Shown here: positions 43,398-57,256 of the stretch, piece by piece
Layout: each line of letters starts with the position of its first letter
How positions within the stretch are numbered: position 1 is the stretch's first letter
Program-made: the position numbers and the translations under genes
Assembly: GCF_006345805.1 (NCBI RefSeq)
Contig: NC_043003.1
Location: forward strand, 40,734,001 to 40,798,000
Direction of reading: 5' to 3'
From: Octopus sinensis
Lineage: Eukaryota
DNA: 64,000 nucleotides
Notes under the pieces: generated by a model
Database searches by the model: none
What the model saw: only the letters and a program-made list of their open reading frames with translations
Told to the model about the DNA's origin: nothing

Positions 43398-43680
43398 CAT
43401 TCTTTTACTCTTTTATTCTTTTACTTGTTTCGAACGTTTGAGTGCGGCCATGCTGGAGCACCGCCTTAAAGGTTCTGAGTCGAAGAAATCCACCCCAGGA
43501 CTTATTCTTTGTAATCTCAGTACTTATTCTATTGATTTTTGTTGCCGGACTGCTAAGTTGAGGGTACATAAACCATAAACACAACAGCATCGGTTGTAAA
43601 GCAACGGCGGGGGGGGGGGACAGTCGCACACACACACATAAATATACGTACACTCCACACGCACGCACACACACATATGT

Positions 43681-43728
<48 letters not shown>

Positions 43729-43898
43729 GCACACACGACAGGCTTCTTTTAATTTCCGTCTAATAAATCTACTAACAGGCTTTTGCTCAGCTCGAAGCTA
43801 TGGTAGAAGACTCTTGCCAAACATCCCATGCAGTGGGACTGAACCCGGAACCATATAGTTGGAAAGCTAGCTTCTTACCACACAGTCTCGCCGGCACC
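43398..43898 (-). mobile_element. SINE family B with an internal microsatellite expansion
   Basis: Collinear with 30207-30599, with (CA)n/(TA)n expanded in the middle. Confidence 0.8.
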
Positions 43899-44009
43899 TA
43901 TTTGTGTAAATACGAATGAGCGTTTCTTCCAGGATATATTAAAGAATATATATGCGTTAGAGTTTCATCTGTTTTGAATAAAGATCGTACGGAGTTTGCT
44001 TAAAATGTA

Positions 44010-44470
44010 TCGGGGCTGGTGCTATAAAAAGAAAGCAATACACAACAATTCGGCATTTATTCTCCTTCGAATTTTCCCCTTCTGAAGCGACACACTTTAT
44101 ACGGCGTCGTTTCCATTGATGAAAGCATTCCTGGAAACCCTTTTTGCGGGATAGTGAACAGCTGCCTCATCGCATTCTCTTGCATGTCCTCGGCGTCCTC
44201 ATATTTTGTTCCTTTCAGTGGGGTCATAGCCATTAACCCACGATTCGTCGCCTGAGGTGACTGTTTTCAAATCCGTTTCGTCTTCATCGACGCAATGAGA
44301 TGACCAACCTCTGCATAGATTTTATTCAAGCACTGCTATAAATAACGGAAGGGAGCGAGAACGTTAAAACTTAGTGTGCATGTCGTTCTGAGGCAAGCGG
44401 CTTTACTCTGTGTATTTTAGCTCATTCACCATAGAAACAGTCCCGATACGCTTTGATGAAACTGCGTGTA
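44010..44470 (-). mobile_element. Internally deleted mariner element
   Basis: The minus strand gives GDESWVNGYDP (first catalytic Asp motif) and FQECFHQWKRRRIKCVASEG (mariner C-terminus) only ~100 bp apart. Confidence 0.75.
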
Positions 44471-44884
44471 AAAGTTACGTTATACAGTTATAATTTAGAG
44501 CAATAACCTACTGGAATCTATAACTCAACTTAGCTTTCACGTTCCATCCTCTTCTTTATCGGAATCCCTGCTGCACTCTTTCGCCACAACTTTCTTTCAC
44601 TCTTTTTTCTGTTGGCCTGCATGCTTAGCCAGCGAGGTGGCGTTATTCGAAGGCTAAAACAATGCGAAGCGCATTGTAACCAGCGATTTGTAGCAACTTC
44701 TGATAGCCTGGTCGGTCACGGTGATATATACAGTACTTCTTTTAGTCTGGAAATAATTTTATCAAATTCTTTTTGTCAAACCACTCATGATGAAATTATA
44801 AGGAGACGCGATGCCAGCGCCTGATTAATAACAACGTTTTTTCATGTAGTCTGATTCGTAACGTTTAATTTAGGACTAACAGTA

Positions 44885-44934
<50 letters not shown>

Positions 44935-44958
44935 CATATATATATGTATGCATGTATG

Positions 44959-45017
<59 letters not shown>

Positions 45018-45111
45018 AATTTATATATGAGGATAATATCGATATTTAAGTATCCATATTATCAAGTGGCCAGCATGGGAAAAATACCGTACATAGGTAA
45101 TAATTTTTAAC

Positions 45112-45863
45112 AATTAAAAATGAGGGTGTCTAAGAGACACCAACATGCCGAAATAGCAGTCGAAACTCTGACTATAAAAACCACGTTAAGTGTTCGTATC
45201 GCACCATGAGATAAGACAGAGGGACAAAATATACAAGCAAAAATTATTGAATAATTCAAGATCCAGGATTTCTGGTTTTGCTTTAAATAAGCTTTACCGT
45301 CATCGGTTGAATATATCAAGAGTACATAAATACAGATATATATATGCAGAACAAACGATATACTTACATATACGAACGTCCATACATAAATACATATGCA
45401 CGTATGCACGCGGCCAGTTAAATTACCCGCCGAATCATCCCATAAGTATGATACGGTTAAAATAAACACCGCAGTGAATATAATAACGAATTATATAAAT
45501 TTATATATGAGGATAATATCGATATTTAAGTATCGTACTTATGGGATGATTCGGCGGGTAATTTAACTGGCCGCGTGCATACGTGCATATGTATTTATGT
45601 ATGGACGTTCGTATATGTAAGTATATCGTTTGTTCTGCATATATATATCTGTATTTATGTACTCTTGATATATTCAACCGATGACGGTAAAGCTTATTTA
45701 AAGCAAAACCAAAAATCCTGGATCTTGAATTATTCAATAATTTTTGCTTGTATATTTTGTCCCTCTGTCTTATCTCATGGTGCGATACGAACACTTAACG
45801 TGGGTTTTATAGTCAGAGTTTCGACTGCTATTTCGCATTTTGGTGTCTCTTAGACACCCTCAT

Positions 45864-45871
<8 letters not shown>
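45112..45871. repeat. Long inverted repeat (arms 45112-45454 and 45530-45871, 75-bp spacer), PLE-like
   Basis: The ~340-bp arms are nearly identical and produce the mirror ORFs in the track. (TA)n lies on both sides of the island. Confidence 0.95.
45254..45312 (-). ncRNA. Type I hammerhead ribozyme, U4C variant (mirror copy 45672-45730 on plus has GAAA>AAAA)
   Basis: Minus strand: attcaa CCGATGA c-ggt...acc-a GAAA tcctgga TC ttgaat. AUC site. Confidence 0.7.
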
Positions 45872-45945
<74 letters not shown>

Positions 45946-45976
45946 TATATATACATACATACATACATACTTGCAT

Positions 45977-46038
<62 letters not shown>

Positions 46039-46203
46039 TGTAAGGAGAGCGAGAGGGAGAGAGGAGCGACAGAGTTAAACAAATGGATACATGAATAGAT
46101 TGATAGACAGTGTAAAATATATAGGTACATATACATACGTGTATTTATACTAATCTATGTATGTATGTATCTATCTATCCATATATAAATAACACATACA
46201 TGC

Positions 46204-46274
<71 letters not shown>

Positions 46275-47224
46275 TTCACTCACAGACCACACATATACAT
46301 AGATGCGTACTTATTTCATAACACATTTAGTAATTCAGCTTCACATTACATATAATATTGTGGGCGTAGGCGATGTACAACCCATTAAATGTTCTGACCA
46401 CACACACACACACCACACACACACACACATATATATATCCACATATATATATGTGTGTATGAGTATGTGTGTGCGTGTGTGTGTTTGTGTGTGCAAGTGT
46501 GCGTGTCTGTATGTGTATGTGTGTGCGTATGTGTGTTTATGCGTCTATACACGCATGTCATCACACATATACTTCAGTCAATGTGCAGATTAAAATTTCT
46601 GGAATTGGTAATTAGATACGCTAAAAATTACGTGACGCTTCCATACATTTTTATGAATTAATTGATAATAGACAATTCATATGATAACCGAATGTATTTG
46701 TTGTTTTACCATGAACAATTTTGTGATTGAAACGAAAAGGATCACAATCTTGACCTCTTCACAACTTCCGTGCTTATCTACCCAGCTTTAATATCTAGGA
46801 ATACATTCTGCATTGAAGTAGATTTTTCTGTAAATAAATGAAAGCAAATTATTCTACCATGTTATATTATATAACTTTAATTCCTTTGGGTCATTTATAA
46901 AATTTGATGTAACTTTCAATTTTTTCTCCGTTATAATTGTTTCTCTAATTGTGTAGACATGCGGTTTAAAATTGGTACACTGAACAGTATCACCCACATA
47001 TAGTTTATATCCTTACAATCTTTTACTAGTTTCAGTCATTCGACGGCAACAATGAATTTTTATTCCACACTCCGGCGCTGTCATCCCACGTTGATTTCCC
47101 ACAGCATCCGTGTATCAAAATTTACTGACAAAATGCCGAGCGCTAGGATCGAAATTCGAACTACGGTACTGGCAAAGAACTTGCTAAACATATGACCATA
47201 TCTGTGTACAATATATTGAGTTGC

Positions 47225-47266
<42 letters not shown>

Positions 47267-47322
47267 TATTATTATTATTATTATTATTATATTATTATTA
47301 TTATCATTATTATTCTTATTCT

Positions 47323-48098
47323 ATGTTTGACTTTTATTTACATTTGTACAAGTTGGCTCCAGGTTTCACCCAGAGGCCTCAAGAGACAAGTTGGAAGTTC
47401 ATGTTGGTGTTATGCCTAAGGTGCCATATATTTGGTTTTGTATATAGTGTTATTCTAGAGAATGTTTAAGAAACCATAAGAAAATTACGTTTGTTTTAAA
47501 ACTTGAGATTACATAGAAAGTATTTTGCGTAGGATATGAGCAGTTCCCATCAGCACTATCTTTTGAATTTCTGCCATTTTGGGGTTTCCTAGTATCTGAG
47601 CTAGGTAGCAATCAGCCCATTTTGCTATCATTCCCAAGGCACCTATGACAACAGGTATCGTTTTTGTCTTCAGGTTCCACATTTTGCTAATTTTTATTTC
47701 AAGATCTTTATACTTGCTCAGTTTTTCGTAGGTCTTGACAGATACATTTTTGTCGATTGTGACAGTCATTTCAATGAGGAGGCATGATTTTTGTCCGAAG
47801 ACTTTCAATATGATGTCTGGCCTATTCGCATTTATCTTTCTGTGGTGAAGTTCCAGAGGAGTGAGATGTGATCATTTTCAAGCACTGGAGTTGGTTTGTG
47901 TTCCACCAGTTTTTATTATGGGGCAAGTCCAGGCTTTTGCAAATTACCCAGAGAATATATTGTGCAGCTCTATCATGCCTGTTGAGATACTCTGTAGGCG
48001 CAAGAAGACCGGATTTGGAGACAACATTATCAATGGTTTCATTTTGTTGTTGACATTCACGACATGTTGGGCTACTGCCGTTCTTTATTATGTTGGCC
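47323..48098 (-). mobile_element. 5'-truncated R4/Dong-like LINE copy in (TAA)n
   Basis: ORF 47509-47808 reads KTYEKLSKYKDLEIKISKMWNLKTKTIPVVIGALG...GTAHILRKILS. Diverged homolog of 48127-48906, bounded by (att)n. Confidence 0.9.
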
Positions 48099-48126
48099 TT
48101 ATTATCATTATTATTATTATTATTAT

Positions 48127-51100
48127 ATGTTTGACTTTTGCTTTATATTTGTACAAGTTGGTTCCAAGTCTCACCCGGAGACCTCAAGAGACAACAGGTT
48201 GGAAGTTCACGTTGTTGTTATGCCTAGTGTGCCATATATTTGGTTGTTTTTTGTGTTGTACTGGTGGATGTCTAAAAACTAAAATGTTTGTTTTAAACCT
48301 TGAGATTTCATAGAAAGTATTTTGCGTAGGATATGAGCAGTTCCCATGAGCACTATCTTTTGAATTTCTGCCATTTTGGGGCTTCCTGGTATCTGAGTTA
48401 GGTAGCTATCGGCCCCTTTTGCTATCATTCCCAGGGCACCTATGACAACAGGTATTGTTTTACTCTTCAGGTTCCACATTTTGCTGATTTCTATTTCAAG
48501 ATCTTTATATTTGCTCAGTTTCTGGTAGGTCTTGACAAATACGTTTATATCGATTGGGACAGTCATATCAATGAGGAGGCATGTTCTTTGTTTGAAGTCT
48601 TTCAATATGATGTCTGGCCTATTTGCATCTATCTTTCTCTCAGTTTGAATGGTGAAGTTCCAGAGGAGTGAGATATGGTCATTTTCAAGCACTGGGGGTG
48701 GTTTGTGTTCCCACCAGTTTTTTTCATGGGGCAAATCCAGGTTTTTGCAGATTACCCAGTCAATATATTGTGCAGCTCTATCGTGCCTCTTGAGATACTC
48801 TGTAGGCACCAGAAGACTGCACTTGGAGACCACATGATCAATGGTTTCATTTTGTTGCTGGCATACCCGACACGTTGGACTGCTGCTGATCTTTAATATG
48901 TTGGCCTGGTAGTTTCTTGTTGGTAGGCATTGATCTTGAGCTGCTATGATAAACCCCTCTGTTCAGATTTTAAGCCAGAGGCCATAGCCATTGATGGGTC
49001 AGGGCTTTGTCAACATCTGCATTATTCGCTCTCTTGGGTATTTGCCATAGAGAGGTTTTTCTTGCCATTTATCATTCAGAATATCTAAGGCCGCAGATTT
49101 AGCACGGGTTTTCATGCGCTTAGCTGTGCCTGTTTCTTGTATGTCTATCTAATTCCGAAATTTGTTGTATTCGGAATTCACTTAGATATTCCTTTGCCTG
49201 TTTGTTTTATGAGTATGATGCTTTCTTGTTTTCATGTTTTGAGACAAGTTTTAACATCCAGTCCCAGACTTTTTCAGGTAGGTGTCTAGGCCAATTGTAG
49301 CAATCTCTCATTGTTATTGCCAGTTGTAAAAGTCCACGGCCTCCCTCTTTCTTGGCAGATATAAAGTCGTTCTGTATCTGCCTTAGGGTGGTGCATTCTA
49401 TGCATTGTCAACAGTTTTCGTATTTTTCTGTCAAGATTACATTATTTCAGTAATTGACCAGTTAACGATATTGAAACTCTAAGTCACGACTGGTATGGCT
49501 AATGCATTGATCGCTTCGATCCTGTTTCTCGCATTCAGCTCTGTCTTGAGTATTGCTCTTACTCTGCGATAACATTCTCTCCTGATCCTTTCCTTCATCT
49601 CTGAATGCCTTATTCCGTCTCCTTCAATTAACCTAGATACTTGTAGTTCTCCGCTGGGTCTAATTCTTTTATGACATTCTGCTGGTCAAGGTTAACGTTA
49701 GATGTTTCTGTCATTTTTCCTTTGATAAAGGTAGCTTTTGCACACCTTATCGAGGCCAAATTGCATTCTGATGTCATCACTGAATTGTTTGACAATCGCT
49801 AGTAAGCCCTTGAGTTGTTGGTCATTTTTTGCAAAGAGCTTTAAATCATCCATGTAAATGAGATGATTTATATTTTTATCAAACATTTTATATCCGTACT
49901 GCGCGTCATTGAGCAGCAGTTTGAGAGAGGTATTAAGGCTAAGCAGAAGAGGAGTGGTGATAGTGAGTCACCCTGGAAAATGCCACATGAAATTTTTACA
50001 TCACCAGCATTTTGAGATTCATTGTCACTGTTCAAAGTTAGTGTGGTTCTCCATGATCTCATACTTACATACAAAAAGTTTCGCAGAGTAGGTGCTATCT
50101 TATACATTTCTAGGCATTTCTTAATCCAGCTATGTGGTAGGCTATCAAAATCCTTTTTATAGTCTATCCAGGCTAGTGATAAGTTTTTGTGTCGTTTGTG
50201 ACAATCTTCTAAGATCATCTTATCGATGAGTAGTTGATCTTTTCAACCGTAGGATCCACGTTTACATCCTTTCTGTTCATTAGGGAATATGCTACTGTCT
50301 GTCAAAAAACTATAGGTATATTCCGTCAGGACAGATGTTAGTGTTTTATACATAGTTGTTAAGCAGGTTATGGGTCTATAGTTTTTTGGTTCATTTGTTT
50401 CTTCACTTTTTGGAAGTAGGAATGTTATAAAAAAAAATTACTGACTGAAGTAGAGTTTGATCAAGTTAGACAAGCAGTAACGGATAGAATGAACGAAGCT
50501 GCAGCTAAAGAAGATAATACAGAGGAAATAATTATAGACCAGCCCAGAGCTGGTAAAAACGAAGTAAGGGTGTTGCAAAACATCATTGTAAAGTTCTGTT
50601 AGCAGTTCATGGCTCTCTGGGAAGGCATTCAACCAGAAGTTAGGGATTTTATCCTTTCCTGGAGACTTCCATTTGCTTGACCTCCTGAGAGCAGATCTTA
50701 TATCTTCTACCTTGACACCCTCTCACTTTTGCTCTTCTAAGGAGTCCAGTTCTTTAGATATTCTATCAATCCAGGGGGCCTTTTCGCTGTGTGTTTGTTC
50801 TTCTGCCCAACTTTTATTCCAAAATCCCTGCACTTCTCCTTTTGATGGTACAGACTTTACAGTAACTGGTGTTTTTCCTATCTTCCTGTAAAAAGTTTTG
50901 AGGTTATTTTTGAACATGTTGTTGTCCCTGAAGAATCTAACACGCTTTTCATACCTCGCTATGCGGGTAGCTTTAGCAGATACCTTTTGCTTGATGGTTT
51001 CTATGGTGGCATCAATATCAAGTATAGTTTCATATATTTTTCATTAGTTTGGGGTTTTTGTAGGTTTGGTAGTCTTATAACCTAAAGGTTTTTCAAATAT

Positions 51101-52290
51101 TCAATGTCAGATCTAAATAGTTTAATTGTTGTTGCAAACGCTCTTGCCAAGAAGGCTTTTGTGGAAATGATCTAATCTTTTCACCACATAGGATCGTTGA
51201 GATTTTCGCGGATGCATAGTATAGGTTGTTGAGATCTGTGATATCAACATCATAAGCTGAAATTATATCCTTAAGTGCAAGCCCAGTTTTACCAATTATT
51301 TTAATGTTTTGGTTAGAGTTGCGGATTTTAGGGAGTGTATCACGTTCATCCATACTGGTTTCTTTAATTTTCAGCCATTCAATCATGTTTTGACTTTTTA
51401 GCTCATGTAGTTCTGTCGGATCAATATTTGTGTGACTTTCTTCATCTATTTGATGTTTATCTGTCTTAGTGTTTATATTTGGTTCAGGGAGTATTTCACT
51501 TTGCCTATCACTTATACTAACTCTTTCAATCCTTACTTCGTTTTTACCAGCTCTGGGCTGGTCTATAATTATTTCCTCTGTATTATCTTCTTTAGCTGCA
51601 GCTTCGTTCATGCTATCCGTTACTGCTTGTCTAACTTGATCAATCTCTACTTCAGTCAGTAATTTTTTTTTTTATAATGTTTCTTCCGACGTTGGCAAGT
51701 TTGTTACTGTCTATGTAGGGTCTTACTTCAGGGTGTTTCTGTCTCCAGTTTATGTAGGTTTGTATAGTGTTCGATTTATCTGTGGGGAAATATATGGCAT
51801 GGTAGAAGGCCGCAAGAACTTCTTTATTATCTTCCTAGTCCATTTTTCCTTCTTTCTTTTGAGTGGTTTGGTGACAAGCATGGATGGCCATCTGTTGGAA
51901 TATTCCAGTAGAGGGGTACGTCCAGCTCCTGTGTGTCGGGAAAGAAAAAATTGATCCAGTAGCTGATTTTTCAATCAGACTGGTTCAATTTTCGGGTACG
52001 TGGTCTTTTGTAGTCCGCTCGCCGACCATCGCGGATTGTAGGTTGTTTTGTTGACATTGAAGCATGACGAGCTTCGACTCTTACATTAAGAGACGTATCT
52101 GTCAGTTTAGGATTCTCTGCACGTAAACATTGTTCGTAGCGCAGCTTCTTAAGGCTAGCAGATCTGTATTCGTCTGTATTTTTTGTTGTTGATAGTTTTA
52201 TCTCAGGGCATAGTTTTCCCTTTTTTTAAAAAACTTATGAAAGGTTCACTCTGCCTGTATTAGTTCGAAAAAATGAGAATAAAATACGAG
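48127..52290 (-). mobile_element. Near full-length, frameshifted R4/Dong-like RLE non-LTR retrotransposon
   Basis: RT motifs TFLLPK..NYRPITCL, AWIDYKKDFDSLPH, GIFQGDSLSPLLFC and HLIYMDDLKLF. RLE motifs RHD, RPDI, IDMTVP and KLSKYKDL. The 3' end abuts (TAA)n, the target known for Dong elements. Confidence 0.92.
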
Positions 52291-52396
52291 AAAAAAAAAT
52301 TATCATCATCACTATCATCACCGTCATCATCATCATCAATGACATTGTTTTATGTGTAGTCACAGCGGTAGCTTATTATTATTATTATTATTATTA

Positions 52397-52457
<61 letters not shown>

Positions 52458-52681
52458 TTATCACTATCACCATCGCCACGGTAAAGTGGTCATGTTCTAT
52501 AGGTCTATAAATAGATTCAGCAGATGGTGGACAAAGGACATTTTGGGCCAGGGAAAGGTCAAACCTGTTTACTAGTACCAGCGTTATCTTGAAAAGCAAT
52601 CCAGCTATATATACTCATACACATATGTATATGGATATACATGTATATGTATATGTATATTCACACACGCATATTTTCTGA

Positions 52682-52725
<44 letters not shown>

Positions 52726-52729
52726 TATT

Positions 52730-53170
52730 GGTTCCAGAGGAACCCCAATAACTCGTGGACGTTGAGCCATCTAAACTACAGCTACGCCTGAGGGTAAGGT
52801 GATGCCTTTTGTGTCTTTTCCGAATTCTGACCGATCATCATGAGTGTTTAAGAGCAGGTAATATAAATGTTCGTGGCCCTGGAGGCAAGGTCACCTACTC
52901 AACGACCCCAGGTCATTATCGATTTTGATATTTTGAGAACTGTGCATCTCTTAGTTGGTCTGCAATGGGGGCCGGGGTGACAGTGTTGTTTAAGAAAGGC
53001 CTGGATCTAGAGGTACGGACAATCTTCCTGGACCCGGAAGATATGATGGTGTTCCTGTGAGCAGCAGCGTAAGGGATGCATTCAGACTAGTCGTTGTAGA
53101 CGCCACAACTGAAGCGGAGTAACCAGATTTCTTCAGACATTTGGAAGTTTTCCTTGGGACTTCTCGCTCT
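52730..53170 (-). mobile_element. Probable 3' fragment of a different RLE-type LINE in (TAA)n
   Basis: Island bounded by (att)n. The minus ORF end VPRKTSKCLKKSGYS...LLTGT resembles an RLE C-terminal helix and is followed by ~260 bp of putative 3' UTR. Confidence 0.4.
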
Positions 53171-53209
53171 TTATTATTATTATTATTATTATTAGTAGTA
53201 GTAGTATGA

Positions 53210-53388
53210 TAAATGCTTAGCAACGCTTCGTCTGCTTTTACGTTCTGAGTTCAAATTCTGCTATGGGCAACTGTGCCTTTCATCCTTTTCGGATTGATAA
53301 AATAAGTACCAGTCGATCACTGCGGTCGATGTATTCGATTTAACCTCGTCCCCGAAATTGCTGGCCTTGTGCCAAAATTTTAAACCAT
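53210..53388 (+). mobile_element. SINE family A, 5'-truncated
   Basis: aaatgcttagc...gagttcaaattc...gcctttcatcc...aataagtaccag...ggccttgtgccaaaattt. Confidence 0.75.
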
Positions 53389-54523
53389 TATTATTATTAT
53401 TGTTGTTGTGTTGTTGTTGTTAACTGATGATCGCTTTTGTGTGGTATCTTGTGACACCGATGATCCATTGACCATTGATTCAATGATCATGCGTAAAGCA
53501 GTTCCGCGCTGAGAAAGCTCCAACGTAGATGAGGGATTATTTTTCAACGTGTGACGATCTGACACGAATTCTTTCTAATTCACACCAAAAAAACCGTAGA
53601 GGAATTTTCTGCTTATTTTCGAACAGTGTCAACATCAATTCCTTGTAATATGATTCGAAAGCAATATGCTTGCTATTTCAAACAGATCTTGCGACTACAT
53701 AGAAGATCCAGCACTTGGTAAATCCTTACAGTATGCTTAAAGTAACCAAAAAATAAACCTAAAATATATTTTATATATTTCTACTACAAGAATATTCTTT
53801 AGACAAAGATGTGAACTGAGAAACTTAAAATACGGTCAAATAAACAGAAATGAAGTAAAACATTTTCACACAGCAAAATATATTCCACTTTGGGAAAATA
53901 TTGCACTTACTGTTTACCGACGCAGAACATCAATAGATCCACTGATTATATTATTTTATATAAACATATATTAAATTGCTTTTCATAAAGACACATACAC
54001 AGAGAGACACACACCACCCATATATATATGTGTGTGTGTATGTGTGTGTACATGCGTGCGTGTGTGCGTCTATGTATACATGTGTATGTGTGTGTCTGCG
54101 AACATACAGTTGTTTTGAAAAATGAACAAAGCCATGAAATATCGTGAAGAATTCAACCAAAACAACAACATTCTTAGTCATTCTAACATCACTGGATTTC
54201 TATATGTAAAGCGGAAGACATGTCTAAATCTTAATTCCCAATGTGTAGGAAGATAATATCAGCAATAACTAACATCTAAAACAATGTCCTCACAAACTAG
54301 CTATTGGGCTCTTCCTCGATTTTCCCAAAGGCGCTACACACTCATGCTTTCATGCGCCCGGGCACATACATATACATTTGTGTATATATATATATATATT
54401 TGTATAATAATAAATATTTACTTACATTTTCATAGACACTTATATCAATAGACACACAAGCATGAACGAGCGCGGTTGTGTATGTGTGTTTGAGCGTGCA
54501 CGTGTTTGTGTATATGTTTACGA

Positions 54524-54752
54524 AGGCGCGTGATATAGTGGTTAGGGTGTTCGTCCCACAATGCCAATGTTGTGAGCTCGATTCCCAGTAGCGCGTTGTG
54601 GCCTTGTCCAAGACACTTTATTTCACGTTGCTACAGTCCACGCATCTCGCAACAAGCATCTTTATCTTGTCCTATTCTACGTGAAGCTGAATCTCCCCAA
54701 GACTACGTTAGAGGTACTAGCGCTGTGGAGTGCTCAGCCACTTACACATTAA
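54524..54752 (+). mobile_element. SINE family C
   Basis: aaggcgcgtgatatagtggttagg...gagctcgattccc...ttgtggccttgtccaagacactttatttcacgttgct. Confidence 0.7.
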
Positions 54753-54929
54753 TGTTCGACGCTCATACGTTGACTCCAACAAAAGAAGAAATGAAGTGAA
54801 ACGAAGAGGACATACATAGAAAAAAAACATCTTTTTCTAAATAAAATGAAATGATCAGTTCTAATGAGATTGTTCTCATGATCGGTTCACCTGGAGCCTT
54901 CAACGCCGTAATCGATGGCGTACTAGTTA

Positions 54930-55026
<97 letters not shown>

Positions 55027-55050
55027 GTCTGTCTATCTATCTATCTGTCA

Positions 55051-55104
<54 letters not shown>

Positions 55105-55468
55105 ATCTATCTATCTATCTATCTATCTATTCTCCATACATACATTCAGTCGCAGATAGACGCAAAGACACGCACACAGAAGAACATGTACACAGTCAGT
55201 CATATTAGCTGGTGTTATGGTTAAAAGCACGACATTTTTGGCAGATGTGTTTGTCTACACCTTTCATTTGTCCAATGCCTTCGGAATGAGATTTGGGAGT
55301 AGGAAACATCACAGGATCCCACCAAAAGACGAAAGAGATCGACTGTTTGGCCCTCTCTGTAAATAGACAGGCACATATGTACGCTTGCGATGTGTGTATT
55401 TGTGATGCGTCTGTGTGTGTTTGTGCGAACAGAAAAAGTGACAGACAGGTAAGCAGGAAATCAAGGGG

Positions 55469-55500
<32 letters not shown>

Positions 55501-56065
55501 GCAGAGACAAAAAGGTAGACAGCTAGAGAAAGACAGAGAGAGAGGAAGAGAGGCAAGGGAGAATGTGTGTCCGGGAAGCAGAGAGATGCTTAATATAAGA
55601 ATGGGTGCCAAAACCTCCTGGCTTTAAGGCCTGTTTGGAGTCCAAATTGCTGAGTTCTTTTACAGGATTTAAAAAAAAAACTGAAGAGCTTTTGCAATAA
55701 GTGTACGAATCTGACTGGGATATATCTCGAATAAAATCATAATTAACTGATCCTCCTGTATTCTATTTTCTCAAAGCCAGAAACTTTTCAGCACTGCCTT
55801 GTAATAAACAGTCAAGTTGCTGTGTTTATTAGCCTGTGATAAAATAACATTTTGGCTAGTCATTCATATTTGTGTGCAGACACAAAGCCAGCGTTGACGA
55901 ACGAAGGTCCTATATAAGTGTGTACATGTTTACGTGGATATGTTTCTATGGCTTTCGTACTTAATATTATCGGATACACATTAGTTTCACAAGCAGTCTG
56001 TTCCGGTAATCGGCATAACTAGAACCCTTCTCGTCTTCACCGACGGCGTGTCAGATATATAAATA

Positions 56066-56577
56066 CCGTAAATCCTCGAGTATAATTAGCATTTTTTCCC
56101 AAAATTTAGAGGTCAACATCCTTAGTTCTTTACTATATATGAGGTTAAAAATGAAAATTATTTTCTAAGCAATGTCCGAGTCTCTATTTGCTGTTCGGCA
56201 ATGTTTATTCAGACGCATTTTGTGATGTCGGGCGCGAAAATACCTTAAGCTAAGCCTGAAAGCAATGAAGTCATAGAAGAATCATCCATAACTTGCAGTA
56301 AGCAACATTTATTAAACGTTATTACAGTTATTTCTTTATTCTCTGCAAACAAATTGCACAAAAAAGCTACACGCTTGCCTTATGCTATATATACAATAAT
56401 AATAAAGAACGTTACCGTATACATTTTTACAAACCAAGGACGTTATATAGACGTCCTTGACTCAAGTTAGAGAAGGGGTGCGTATTATACAAAAAGTTTA
56501 GGTTTTTCAGAGGTACACCCCCCTAAAAATCCCTTGCGTATTGTACTCAAGGGCGGACTATACTCGAGGATTTACGG
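56066..56577. mobile_element. pogo/Tigger-like MITE
   Basis: Perfect 19-bp TIRs ccgtaaatcctcgagtata / tatactcgaggatttacgg with TA on both sides. Confidence 0.9.
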
Positions 56578-56986
56578 TATATACAATTTAACTCTGTAAT
56601 TGACATATATATTTCAATTCTCAGAGATGCAAAGCAGTTATTTTCAAAAGGTAATTAACATGGTTACCAGGTTATCTGATATATAAAAACGCGCAAAATT
56701 TCTTGCTTGATGCCTGGATGCAAATTCACTCCACCAGGGTAGATTGGAGTCTGAGGGGTGGTAGAAACAACTAATCCAGGTGAACGCAAATAGAAAATCG
56801 TGCTGTATTTTGCTCACTAAGTTGATAACAAATATTTGTAACAAATATTTGCAATCTGCATTTCCAATAGTGTAGTTAGTCCTGTACAAGACTTCATAAC
56901 AGAAAATAAATTCTCTGTGTAGGATAACAGCTATAACATTGGCTGTTCGACGCTCATACGTTGACTCCAACAAAAGAATCCACTGG

Positions 56987-57020
<34 letters not shown>

Positions 57021-57037
57021 GTTATATATATATATAT

Positions 57038-57094
<57 letters not shown>

Positions 57095-57208
57095 TACCAT
57101 TCTGCTTAAATAAAGGAACTGAAGATTTAACATCCCTGCATATCACACGTCTCTTTTTTTTTCCACTTCTCTCTCTATTTCATATCTTCTCCAGAATACC
57201 TATTCACC

Positions 57209-57256
57209 GTCTCCGATGAAGGAGTATATAACATATCCCAGAAACAGCTGTAAGAC
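57209..57256 (+). ncRNA. Type I hammerhead ribozyme, U4C variant, in a ~370-bp (TA)n-flanked island (57097-57470)
   Basis: gtct CCGATGA a-ggagtat-ataa-catatccc-a GAAA cagctg TA agac. Stem II is imperfect. Confidence 0.65.

Noticed and set aside
45107-45853. Two pairs of near-identical ORFs on opposite strands
   Set aside because: A by-product of the inverted repeat; no protein motif.
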